DNA of 64,000 nucleotides from Diadema antillarum (Eukaryota), in contig NW_027271380.1 of NCBI RefSeq assembly GCF_040938485.1, positions 1,860,001 through 1,924,000 on the forward strand. The letters are read 5' to 3'. How positions within the stretch are numbered: position 1 is the first letter of the stretch; each line of letters starts with the position of its first letter. The notes under the pieces are model-generated. The model saw only the letters and a program-made list of their open reading frames with translations, ran no database searches and was not told where the DNA came from. The position numbers were made by a program, and so were the translations under genes. Of this stretch, positions 1 to 11,173 are shown one piece after another.

Positions 1-151
1 TCATCAATGATTTCTGTCATGTCCTTCACTGACAAGTCCTCGTAGTAGTTGTCGTTAATCTGAACCATGGGTGCATTCACACAGGCTCCGAGGCACTCTA
101 CTTCAGTCAGAGTGAACATCTTGTCCTTTGTCGTCTCGCCAACTTTGATAC
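1..151 (-). CDS. NDUFV2: NDUFV2 exon 6, partial ([50 protein letters not shown]), runs off the window
   Basis: cttcag|GT ATC. Contains the [11 protein letters not shown] 2Fe-2S ligands. Frame is open to position 1. Confidence 0.96.
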
Positions 152-720
152 CTGAAGACCAAGAGGGAGCAGCAAACATTATAATCATGCAGTTTTGCTT
201 CAAATTAATGCTTTGCCCAAGTAACGATTGGCAACATGACAGGATTGGTAGTGAGGGGGTGATCGCAAGAGATAAGAATGTAAAATGGATGATCATGGGG
301 GGGGGGGGGGTGGGGGGACTGGGACCGAGATCATCTGTACAAAGACACTAAAGGACACAAATAAGACAAATAATTTGTAGCAGTGACAGATACAGGCATT
401 GCTCAATGAAAAAAACTAAGGACAAAAGTTTGGGATCGCTTTAGTTTGGAGTTACACACAGATTCTGATTCATGGGGGTATATCCTGTTGAACACCGTAA
501 GTTATCTACAATTCAGAATTTTTCATTCATCAGTACTGCTGACATAACTTAATGATTTTATTTATTCGTGCATAGAGTCATTCCCAGCTTTTAAAAATTG
601 TATCGCATTATTGGCACATCATAAAAATATAAGCCTCTCCGTGCAACTGGGAAAATAATCTGAACTCAGAGAGATCTCAATACAAGAGATACATTTTGTT
701 GTAACTCAAGAGGTAAAACA

Positions 721-930
721 CTGTATAAGCTGTTAAATTTCGCAAGGGTAATTTTCGCGAATTCCGGGAATCACAGTTGGACTGCGAATTGAACAACACC
801 CGAAAATGTCACTACGCCCTGCGGTAGTAGTGTACGTATGAAGGCCTCTGTGTCGATTTGTGAAAACAACATCATGCAAAAATGTCCATGACCTCCTCAT
901 TTGTAAAAATAACAGCCTACATGTATACAG
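721..930. mobile_element. Degenerate Tc1/mariner-type MITE (CTGTA...TACAG ends)
   Basis: Imperfect TIRs CTGTATAAGCTGTTA and CTGTATACATGTAGGCTGTTA. TA on the right flank, CA on the left. Confidence 0.45.
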
Positions 931-1035
931 TATACCAAACATATCTTCAAAGTATACACCATGGTACGGGTGACCAAGGGACAAGTAGAGTGCTGCTGAT
1001 AAGCTTACTAAATCTCTCACTTGGTGAAACCTTAC

Positions 1036-1133
1036 CTAGCTTTGACTTGATGATGTCCAGAATCGAGTCAGAGTCTCGCAGCATACAGGGTGTCGTTGTG
1101 CAGATTTGGATGTGGTACTTGCCCACGGGGTTC
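1036..1133 (-). CDS. NDUFV2: NDUFV2 exon 5 ([32 protein letters not shown])
   Basis: ttgcag|G AAC...CTA G|gtaagg. 98 bp. Contains the CTTTPC 2Fe-2S ligands. Confidence 0.97.
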
Positions 1134-1501
1134 CTGCAAAGAAATGAAGGGGGGTGGGGTGGATCAGAATGAAACAAATCATCTCTCTGCACTGGGCATT
1201 GCAACACCTCCCAATGTGAATAACCTTTGAATAAGGATAGAGAAAAGACTGCAGCAAGCACCTACTGGCAGCAGCACAAGCAGACGGGCTAAAAGGGCTA
1301 ACTCGTTAGAGTTGAAAGCACAGAAAGACAGGAGATGGTCAGCAGTTACAAGGAGTGAAAGAAACACTAGCATTAACGTCTTGCTGAATTCAGTAACCTG
1401 AAGTGTACACTGACCAGTCCATGCAATGGATAGTGAAAGATATTTTGTGAGATTGTAAAAGATAATGTAAGTGAATCTTCATTTTAATATTAGATTCAAA
1501 T

Positions 1502-2493
1502 AAAACAAGAGACCCGCGGGTCTAGCGCTCACCTGAGTATCGCAAGTTCACCTTTCACGCAGTCACTAATCTAAATTATTCACAGCTCTACCAAAATTTG
1601 ACCAGGCATTCTCAAGTTGAAGATGAAAATGTACAATAAGGGCCCAAATTTTTTAAGATTCCTTAATTTGGGGGGATTGGGGCCCCCTGGGGCCCTCTGG
1701 GTGGGGCATGGTGCCCATTTTGATAAATTGAGATCCTGATCCCCTAGGGATGCTACCTGCCAAGTTTGACCCCCCCCCCCCCCCTGCCCCCAAGAGGGGC
1801 ACCCCTGGATCTCCTATGAACAAACTTGAAACTACAGTCATTAATGTACTCACTCATAGTATTATCTCAGCTCTATAACTTCTGATTCTAGAGAAGATTT
1901 TTAAAGATTCCTTCATTTTGGGGGTTTGGGCCCCCTTGGGGCCCCCTGGGTGGGGCATGGTGCCCATTTTAACAAATTGAGATCCTAACCCCCTAGGGAT
2001 GCTACCTGCCAAGTTTGGTGAAAATGGGTCATGGGGTTCTCAAGAAGAAGATAAAAATGTACAATTTAGGCCCCACTAGGACCCCTCCTCACCCCCCTCC
2101 CCTGGGTCCCAAGGGGGGCACCCCTGATTCTCCCATGAACAAACCTGAAACTACAGTCATCAATGTACTAAGTCATAGTATTAACTTAGCTCTATCACTT
2201 CTGGTTCTAGAGAAGAAGATTTTTACAGATTCCTTAATTTTATGGGGTTTGGGCCCCCCTGAGGGCCCCCTGGGTGGGGCATGGTGCCCATTTTAACAAA
2301 TTGAGTTCCTAACCCCCTAGGGATGCTACCTGCCATGTTTGATGAAAATCAGTCTTGGGGTTTTCAAGAAGAAGATGAAAATGTAAAAAGTTTACGCACG
2401 ACGCACGACACACAACGCACGACGCACGACGGACGCCGGACGAAGGGCGATCGCAATAGCTCACTTGAGCCTTTGGCTCTGGTGAGCTAAAAA
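1502..2493 (-). mobile_element. Helentron-associated non-autonomous element (HINE; DINE-1/Tsp-like)
   Basis: Minus strand starts tttttAGCTCACcagagccaaaggctcaaGTGAGCT, then a GTGC/GTC microsatellite and internal tandem repeats. It ends with subTIR ctcaggtgagc, palindrome agacccgcgggtct (1510-1523) and ttgtttt. No TSD, T-rich flanks. Confidence 0.8.
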
Positions 2494-2806
2494 TGTGCAT
2501 TTCCCTATTTACATGTAGGACACTTGGACCTGAAAATATCCCTCTAATATGCTGTCAAATTATGAATATCGTAGCCTCAACATACATTGTTTGAATGTGG
2601 CAACAACATGACATGACATAATGAAAAACTACAGAATCACCACAGGCTTGTTCTGGAAAATTCCCACCAGGCCTCCTGATTTTGATAATTGTTGTAAAGT
2701 TTGCCTACAACATATTTTTGGTTGCCATCAGCCATCAACAAATTGTTCATATACTTGAAAACAACAACATGAACCCTAAAATACTTTTGGAAAAAGAGAC
2801 CCCTAC

Positions 2807-2994
2807 CTGTTGAACATGGTGTAAAAGGTGGCGACCTCGTACACCCTCATCTTTGGCATATCCAGGATGTCTGCAACTTTGTTCATGGCGGAGATGGGTG
2901 TCCAGCCGTGCTGTCTCTGTGCAAGGTCCAGTACAGGAATGACCGCTGCTGCCTTGTGACCATCTGGGTAGTTGGCTATGATGTCATTTACTCT
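2807..2994 (-). CDS. NDUFV2: NDUFV2 exon 4 ([31 protein letters not shown]...VATFYTMFN)
   Basis: ttgcag|AGA...AAC AG|gtaggg. 188 bp. Hallmark [14 protein letters not shown] and YEVATFYTM motifs. Confidence 0.97.
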
Positions 2995-4013
2995 CTGCAA
3001 ATATTCAAGCAAGTATAACATTATATACAACTTCATATTTGTATAAAATCACTTGGGAGTGGCAATACCATTTTAATATAAAATTCTCTCTCATCTGGGC
3101 AAATCTTAGAGATAAAAAAGATAATGGTGGCAGAAATTGCTTAGCCAAACAAAATACAGAAAAAGAAAATGAACTCATTCTCACAATGATAATCATCTAC
3201 CTTGTACAATCTAATATTCAAAAGCCCACTTCTCCAATATGCACATAATCTTGCTACAGTTCTTTCAATTCCAGTTTCAGCTATTCAGATTGTCAGCTGT
3301 GTAAGTCAAATAATTCCACAATATCTTCTTTTATCTCCTTTTTCTTTTAAATGAGTCAGTGCAAGGGGGCTATTGCCTAGCCAAAGTGCTCTGTGCAAAT
3401 TAGCATACAATTATGTGGTAACACACACTCTTTCACAATCTTCATTACCTCATGGAAGATTTATAGATCCAATTCGCTGATAATCACAGTACTGCTGCTT
3501 AAAAACTTGCATTCTGTCTTATCTTTTGGCACCTATCAGCTAAACGCTGCATACCTACAACATCTTCGTTGCTGTGTGTATGGATACTCTGAAATGAACA
3601 GCCTTTGCAAGGACACAATAAAAAAACACAACTCACAAATATCCCATTATGTAAAAGCATTCAATCTATGGTATAGTATTTTGCACACAGAAAATGCAAA
3701 TCCCAAAAACGTGTTTTAAAGATTCCTACAAATTTTAGGGAGAAAGGTAATGATCACTGTGACCATGAAGGTTTTATCTACAGGAACTTTTATGTTAATG
3801 TAATATTGGGGAAATACATAGCTTTGAAAATCTTCAGCAATTTAGCAGACAACATTCTACAAATAGTTAGAATATACTTGAAAGCTATCGACATTAAACT
3901 GGCAAAGATTTTAGCAGAAATGTAAGCGTCAAAGATGCACTGCACATGATAAATTGTCTCTGTCAAATGTATTTATCAAAGTGGTTTTGATATCCGTGTA
4001 GATAGTGACTTAC

Positions 4014-4076
4014 CTTCATATTTTCTGGTGTAAATTCAAATGGTGTGTTGGGATTGTTTTCATCTGAATCTCTGTG
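4014..4076 (-). CDS. NDUFV2: NDUFV2 exon 3 (HRDSDENNPNTPFEFTPENMK)
   Basis: acag|CAC...AAG|gtaagt. 63 bp. Matches the [21 protein letters not shown]-type motif. Confidence 0.95.
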
Positions 4077-4278
4077 CTGTTGGTAGGAAAATAAGAAATA
4101 TGAGGTACAAACGGGTTGCAAGCATATCATATGTATACTCAGTCAAGGCATATCAGTGCTGGTTTATCAGTGCTACATTTATTGCAGATAATGTCATCTT
4201 CTTCGAGCGGTGTAGCAGACATAAAGTAAACACCAAATTTATTGAGCACTTGTTTTTTGCTTGTTTTTCTGCATTCTT

Positions 4279-4304
4279 CACACACACACACACACACACA
4301 CACA
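4279..4304. repeat. (CA)n microsatellite
   Basis: Read directly from the sequence. Confidence 0.95.
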
Positions 4305-4401
4305 AATAAACAATTCTTGTACTGGCATAAAAAAACTTGAAATGCTACTTGCATGACATATTTGACCTTAGACATACGTGATCAATGTCTGTACTACATA
4401 C

Positions 4402-4461
4402 CACAAACAGCTGATCAGAAGCTTTCACACTGCTTGAATGAATCGCCCTCAGCTGCCGAGC
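4402..4461 (-). CDS. NDUFV2: NDUFV2 exon 2 (ARQLRAIHSSSVKASDQLFV)
   Basis: ttttacag|GCT...TTT GTG|gtatgt. 60 bp. Ends in LFV, as in the conserved LFV|HRD junction. Confidence 0.92.
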
Positions 4462-4994
4462 CTGTAAAAGAAAGTAAGTAGGTGCACAATAGGAATTTGA
4501 CTACTAGTGTAATACACTGAGTGGGAGGAGTATATCAAATGTAAACATGTATTATCAAAATAAAACCCTTTGTAGTCAGGTCGCTTAAAATTTTCAGATT
4601 ACCATTACACTTGACAATCTCAAAGCTAAAAGCTTCTTGTGGTTTCATATTTGGTAAAACTGTGTGATACCGTACTTCCAAAAATTCCACAGAACTTTAA
4701 TTTTCTCTGAACCATGAAGTTGTTTTGATTACTAATTAAGTCTATTTAATGACAAACAGTCGTTTGTTTTCTGCTTGTAAAAGACACTATGATTCCTTTA
4801 TCGAACGGAAACTGCATGTACTGCGTTCAACCAAGCAAGAAACACATATATACACAAGGCATGCCTTTCACACATTGGCACACACACAGACGCACAGTCT
4901 GGCATGTATGGATTACACAGAATATGGATTGATTGTTGTGGCAGAGCTCAAAGTGACTTATTACAGTATGTACAGTGTAATGGTAAGGGAAACT

Positions 4995-6282
4995 CAGTCC
5001 GGGAAATCCGCTCATGAGGGGGGCTCCGTCTCACAGGGCACTCTCCCCCTCATGAGCACCTCGGGGTACTTAAGAGGTTCCCTCCCCGCCGCGCTCATGA
5101 GGCCTCCTCTTCACTTCTCACCCACCTCACATCTGATATAAATGGTCGCAAGTTCACACTGTAGCCCGAATAGATGCCATGCTTCGCACGGCGTCCCCGT
5201 GCGCCAGCACGGCCTCAGACGAGCTGCCGATGTACCAATCTTCAGAGACCCCTTAAAACACAGCTACAAGACCACAACACTTTTGAATGCAACTGCTGAT
5301 GTTGAAAATGCCTACATTCTCAATTCAAATTTCACGAATTACTCACGTGAAAAATAAAAATGCATCCATGGACTATAAGCATGATATATTAGTCCATAAG
5401 GGAGCCCTCACGTATCGTAAACTGAGCAAAAATTGCAATTTCAAACCGGAAAGCTGACTATCGTCGCAGCACGATTCAGAATACATAGGCCCCAGCTTTG
5501 AACGATGCAAAAATTGTGCGCAAAGATAATAGAGCGCCGCATAGCAGTGCACATGCATCTTGCAATAACCCAATTCGAGGCTGGAACCACGGTGCTCCAT
5601 GCGCACGCTGCATTTCTCGCCCGCACGGTCAACAGCGCCACCTTTTCCCATTGTTTTTGCAGTGCTGGGACTAAAGTTACATTTCGAATCACTGCCATTT
5701 ACTGAGCGAGCGTATATGATATGCAAATCTTCATTTTTGGTAAGTTGTAAATTCTGTATATTAATATCGATAGCAAAAGACGAAAGCTAAATAGATCAAG
5801 TTTTCATCCTACAAAGTCCGAGTACCGGTAACAAATATGGTGTAATAAATTCAGAATCATGTCAGAGCCCTGGAATTTGGAGATTGCGTGGCCTCCAGTA
5901 GGCACAGCCCTGTCGCGAAACTTGTGTACAGTGACAGGGCTGCGTATAGTTAGTTCGCACTGTGAATTTTTGTTACATAGACATGTACGTCCACTCTCCA
6001 TGATGAGAAGAAGAAAAGAATCTATTTGTTTTGAGAAAAATCCAGTTTTAATCAAAACAAATACTAGTAGATTGAAATTTTTATTCTTCTCATCATGGAG
6101 AGTGGACATGTGTGTGTATATCATGTGTAACAAAAAATCACAGACAGTGCCAACTTAAGGCCATGTAAATTATAAATATACCAGATGTGAGATGGATGAG
6201 GTGAAGAGGAGGCCTAATGAGCACTGCGCGATCGGGGAGGGAGCCTTGCATCTAAATCGGATTTCCCAGACTCATGAGACTG
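4995..6282. mobile_element. 1288-bp non-autonomous TIR element, CAGTC...GACTG ends, 4-bp TSD AACT
   Basis: AACT at 4991-4994 and 6283-6286. Imperfect inverted arms of about 100-140 bp (gggaaatccg...aggcctcctcttcac...cacatctg). CTCATGAG at 5011, 5049, 5094 and 6271. Confidence 0.75.
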
Positions 6283-6579
6283 AACTGGAACTTTTACAAA
6301 TATGTTTACGAAGCAAAAAGAAAATGAAAACACTTGAATGAAATGCATGCAAAAATTGTTTGTGTAATTACGGATGTGCATCAAAATTTTGACTAGACCC
6401 CCTTGCATAGTCTATGGTGTGCACCATTAAATTTTACAGACGAGACCGAGCCGAGTCCAAGGTCCAAACCAAGTGTGCATCACTTTCACACCTTGGATAA
6501 CATACCTTGGATGTGGGCATATTAGACTTAACTTATTTGCCTCTCGGTGCCGACATTACATGACATTAATAATTTTTAG

Positions 6580-6800
6580 TTAGGCACTGTGCAGAATATT
6601 ACAACATGGACAAAAAAATATCCCATCCGGGTTGTATTTGTTCTTGTCTTGACTCCAGAACATCTCTAGGTTAGACTTGAAACTATTCACGGATGGGCTG
6701 TCAACTACAAATGATGGCAACTTGGTATCATCAGCAAAGAGCTTAACTTCACATCTGCCACTTAACAACACATCAGGAAGGTCATTTACGTACAAATTTT
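6580..6800 (-). mobile_element. CR1/L2-type LINE reverse transcriptase fragment, internally deleted
   Basis: YVNDLPD...VKLFADDTKL (RT catalytic region) is joined directly to the CR1-like C-terminal motif VVDSPSVNSFKSNLEMFW. Confidence 0.75.
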
Positions 6801-7023
6801 CAGCGTTTTACTTTATCCATCTAAGGTGACTGAGGAGTGCGTCAGAAACCACGTTATAATTATGGTCATCAAAAAAAAGAAGAAGAAAAAACAGCTACAA
6901 CGCTGAGCAGAGGGTGAGAAGCTGAAACGGTTTTTATGTAAATTTAGTCGAATGAATGATCAAGACAAAGATTGTCGTTTTGTTTTTGCTTTTTATTTAG
7001 GTATTGGGTTGTGCATGGTATCT

Positions 7024-7775
7024 CAGTTCGGGAAACCCACTCACAAGGGGGGCCCCTCCTTATAAGTAACCCGTCCCCCTTATAAGTAACCCCGTCCCCC
7101 TTATAAGTAACCCCCGGGGCACCCCTTATAAGGAGTCTCCACGCTTTTTTGCAATGCAACGCGAAAATGAAAGGACTGCGGCAATTCGCTTGATTATGTC
7201 CATAAAGCTTCACAAGTTTCCTAGTTACTCACGAAATTTGAGCAAAATCGGTTTGAGGCATCATATATAAAATCATGGATTTAAATGCGATGTCAAACGA
7301 CCCATGCGAATGCTGAAATGCGAGCGATTACTGGCGCGAGTGTCGCCAGGCGCGGCGGCGCGGCAATGCTTGAGTGCAGACATGGCGACTGAGTACGGAG
7401 ACTTTCGTACTCAGTCGCCACGTCTGCACTCAAGCATTGCCGCGCCGCCGCGCCTGGCGACACTCGCGCCAGTAATCGCTCGCATTTCAGCATTCGCATG
7501 GGTCGTTTGACATCGCATTTAAATCCATGATTTTAGATATGATGCCTCAAACCGATTTTGCTAAAATTTCGTAACTAGGAAACTTGTGAAGCTTTATGGA
7601 CATAATCAAGCGAATTGCCGCAGTCCTTTCATTTTCGCGTTGCATTGCAAAAAAGCGTGGAGACTCCTTATAAGGGGTGCCCCGGGGGTTACTTATAAGG
7701 GGGACGGGGTTACTTATAAGGGGGACGGGTTACTTATAAGGAGGGGCCCCCCTTGTGAGTGGGTTTCCCGAACTG
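7024..7775. mobile_element. 752-bp foldback (palindromic) MITE, CAG...CTG ends, 4-bp TSD ATCT
   Basis: Arms 7024-7397 and 7406-7775 with an 8-nt loop. They differ by 3 substitutions and one 4-bp indel. ATCT at 7020-7023 and 7776-7779. Four CTTATAAG per arm. Confidence 0.92.
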
Positions 7776-8069
7776 ATCTTGTGTAGGAAAGGGGAAAACT
7801 CCAGGATTTTAAACTTACGATGGATCAGGGTTTGTCGTGGCATAAAGTATGCCTGTGAGAATTACAATAAAAGCAGCACTCATGGTGAGATAATAGCAGG
7901 TAAATTAGATCTCTAATTTAAAAATGAATTTATCTAGCGCTGCGCGCTGCGCTGATCACTCTGCGAGTATTCCACTACATAGATTTGAAGGTACGGGACT
8001 GCACACTCAACACGTATTACGTAAAGAAGACAGATGTGTGTGCAGTTATCTGCAGAAAACTGAACTTAC

Positions 8070-8108
8070 TGATGATCGAACAAAGGTTGCAAGAGGTAGT
8101 CTGATCAT
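8070..8108 (-). CDS. NDUFV2: NADH dehydrogenase flavoprotein 2 (24-kDa subunit), exon 1: start of mitochondrial presequence MIRLPLATFVRSS
   Basis: Minus strand reads gcaaaATG...TCA TCA|gtaagt. 39 bp, phase 0, joins exon 2 in frame. Arg/Ser/hydrophobic presequence with no acidic residues. Not in the ORF track. Confidence 0.85.
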
Positions 8109-8416
8109 TTTGCTTGCAGATTTTTCTACGTTAGTGTTGATACTGGATTGCAAAGACAAAATTCCAGGTGTTATTCTCGGAATTCGGCACTAGACACTGC
8201 CAGCGGCCGAAGAAATTGTTCCATGAGTAATTGGTATTGTGAAATGATAAGAGTGGATTGAAAAATAATGATTCATCAAAATACCCTCAATATAAATATC
8301 AGAATTGAAATTATATATTTTTAGTCTGTTTCGTTTCATTCAAAAATTATTCATGAATCAAATTTTTTTGCAATTTTTGACACATTTTGTTAGAGCCGGA
8401 GAAATTTTAGACAAAC

Positions 8417-8428
8417 TGCGCATGCGTG
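8417..8428. promoter_or_regulatory. NRF1/P3A2-type site TGCGCATGCGTG in the NDUFV2/ANKRD60 divergent promoter
   Basis: 11/12 match to YGCGCAYGCGCR. Lies about 310 bp upstream of the NDUFV2 ATG in a CpG-richer segment. Confidence 0.6.
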
Positions 8429-8499
8429 ATTGTATTACATAATTGGTGTTGTGGGTCGATGTTGCTAGAGACGCTCCGTATCCCGTCCACGTCCGTACA

Positions 8500-8608
8500 T
8501 ACACGGTAGGACTATAGAGAACGAAACACGTCAACGACTGTGATCTATTGGGAGTGAAACATTTCAGTGAACTTGGGCATGATTGTGATACCTGTGTGAT
8601 CAAGCGCT
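8500..8608 (+). other. ANKRD60: Probable non-coding first exon of the ANKRD60-like gene (5' boundary approximate)
   Basis: Consensus donor gcgct|gtaagt at 8609. Candidate acceptors at 9731 (gtcacag) and 9787 (gaaacag) precede the ATG at 9872. Confidence 0.45.
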
Positions 8609-9871
8609 GTAAGTGTTCTATAAAGATTGATCACGTTCTTTAAATGGGTTAAAAAACGTGAGAGGTTAGTTAGTGAGTAGTGTACTACTACTACTAGTAA
8701 ATTTACTAGTCTAACCTCTCTCGCTCTCTTCTAAAACGTTAACGCAAGTTTAGACTCTGACTGCAGAGTGTTTTTGGGATCTAGCTAACACGTTAGACCG
8801 GGGTCTAGATCTACATCTAACTGTTAATACTCTTAATTCTAACTAAATTTAATTGTTAGAGGTCTAGTAGTGAATCTATGTCCCCTTTCCGCATTGTCGA
8901 CATTGATTTGATAACTTTCAATATGATGAAACAGTGTGAATGTTATTTTAGGGTCTTAAAATAGAACGAGAAGCGGACCCAGTTTGCGGCAGGTTAACGC
9001 CTTTTCAAGGGTATTTAGTAGCATTCTGGTAAAACGGGCAACAGAAATTATTATTATTATTATTTTTTTTTTTTATTTGAAGAGGTACCAAAGGCCTCTT
9101 CAGTGTTGGTACAGTTGTACCTTCCAGAAGGCTGCCCTACCAATCATCAGAAGGTCAAAGGTTGCACCTTCTTGTAGGGTCCAAAATGCTGTATGCCTGG
9201 CAGCCTGATTTTTATTTGCACGCACATACGGTATGCCTTTGGTCTTTACTGTGGCTATGCATTTGCAATGTCTCACAGACCTATTGTCTATGTACCAATA
9301 TTTCTACTTCTTCTTTTTTTTTTTTATAAAGATGAGATTGTGGTATTCAAGTGAATACAATGTAGACCCTAGTAACTATCCAGCAAAAACAGTCACAAGG
9401 GTGCCTTCAAAATTAAAGATAGACTATTTTGAATCACATCCTGATTCCAAAACTGCTATTTTCTACCAACTATAACTTAATAAGCAAATCTCTTTATAAC
9501 TGAGATGGTTTTGAATGTGAATCTGTAAATAGAAATACAGTGTAGATATATGTTCTAGTCTAGAAAACATACTGTAGTCATAGACTATTGAATTGACACA
9601 CAGTATGCATATCCCATTTATCATACACTGCAGTCTACAGAATCTTGCAATGCAATCAAAGTGTAACATCTTCATGTAATTTACATGTTTATATACCTCG
9701 TGTTGTACACATTTGCATGTCTTTGTCACAGATGAGAACATGCCTTCATGGAATGGGATTGAGTACCCGGTACTTTCTCTGAAACAGGATCAGGAGAATC
9801 ATCGCGTGTAATCAGACTACATAGGCAAGCATTGCTGTGCTAAGAACGCAGGTTACACACAACTCTCAAAG

Positions 9872-10064
9872 ATGGGGGACAAACCGGGCAGCACCAAGGC
9901 CTACAAAGGAAAGTTCTTTGACCTTCGTGTGAAGCTCTTCACGGAGGAGGTGTTCGTCATGAAGGAGATCTACAATGAGATGAAGGTGCGGGCTCTGAAG
10001 GCCAAGATGGAGTTCATCACAGGGGTGCCAAGCCACCTCCAGCGCTTGACGTATCTTGATGAAG
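9872..10064 (+). CDS. ANKRD60: ANKRD60-like protein, coding exon 1 (ubiquitin-like domain: FDLRVKLFTEEVF...GVPSHLQRLTYLDE)
   Basis: ATG at 9872, donor GAA G|gtagct, 193 bp. Resembles human ANKRD60 GIPFNLQRLQYLDEG (from memory). Confidence 0.85.
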
Positions 10065-10498
10065 GTAGCTATTATACATTCTTTTGAAGAATCGCAGCTG
10101 CATGAGAGATAGTGTATACTCTTTTCTGTATTACATAGTGCAGATAGACATCTCGATTCCCTGCTGTGACATCTGATTATCTTAACCCTTGATACTGAAT
10201 TGCATGTAATCAGCTTTGACATTTTAAACTCACTGAATTCCTGCCTAATACAAAGCATTTTTGCCAAAACTGTTGTACATTATTAAAATACACTGTACAA
10301 TATTTTGTTATCACCTCATCTGTTAGTTGCAGCTTACAGTGCCATTCACCTTTGTTTATTTCTTATAGATTCAGGGGGGGGGGGCAGGAGTGCTTTAATA
10401 GCCTTTAGCTCCTTGCTAGTCATTTCATGCATTGCCTGACAAATTCTATTACATGAGATCACTATGGCTAAACCCAGATAAACTTCTCTCTTCTCCAG

Positions 10499-10623
10499 CT
10501 GACATGATGGATGATAGTGATGTCAGACACCATGACATCGTGCCTGGTGCGATAATCAACATGGACGTCTGGAACACGTGGAAGAGTCTCATTGCTTCAG
10601 CGGCAAAAGGTGATATCCACCAG
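10499..10623 (+). CDS. ANKRD60: ANKRD60-like coding exon 2 (DMMDDSDVRHHDIVPGAIINMDVWNTWKSLIASAAKGDIHQ)
   Basis: ctccag|CT...CAG|gtaggt. 125 bp, phase-compatible. HDIVPGAII resembles ANKRD60 HDVVPGGII. Confidence 0.88.
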
Positions 10624-11173
10624 GTAGGTCAGGTCGCCACTGTATCTTTTTATTGAAAAGATTCTCCAACATGTGCTTGAGACCCCTCAGTTTTGATCTG
10701 CCATCATTACCAGGCAAAAGTCACAAACTGTATTGCAGTGCATGACATACGCCTGGGTACCCTGTAACATAAACTTGACTTTATGTGAGAGTCAGTCAGC
10801 TGTTATAGGATTCACTCATCATGTCGAAGCTAAAACATTTGCTGCATTGTCAACTGTTCGGTTGGCAAAGCATCAGAGGCAAAAATAGAAAAGCATTTCT
10901 TCAAATCTATCAATCAAAGAGAGTCAAGGCTTTTGATGGTATCTTTTACCTTGACATGTGGTGTGTCTGATAAATGATCTGGAAATATTGTTAGCCTTTT
11001 AGTTTAGAGTTTCTAGCTGATTTTGAAAGACAACATCTTTCGGACATATCAAATTGCTTTAAACATTAATCACTTTTTTATTTTACCTAAGTATACACAG
11101 TATCACAAATATTGGAACAGACTAAAATTTTGAATACGCATATATCCCTTGTGACATGTCGCAATCTATCCAG

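Noticed and set aside
7059-7132. Regularly spaced 20-21-bp repeats resembling a CRISPR array
   Set aside because: No unique spacers and no cas genes in a eukaryotic intron; these are transposon subterminal repeats.
6944-7786. Mirror-image ORF pairs (MKLYGHNQ..., MRMLKCER...) on both strands
   Set aside because: Direct consequence of the 752-bp palindrome; no protein-like features.
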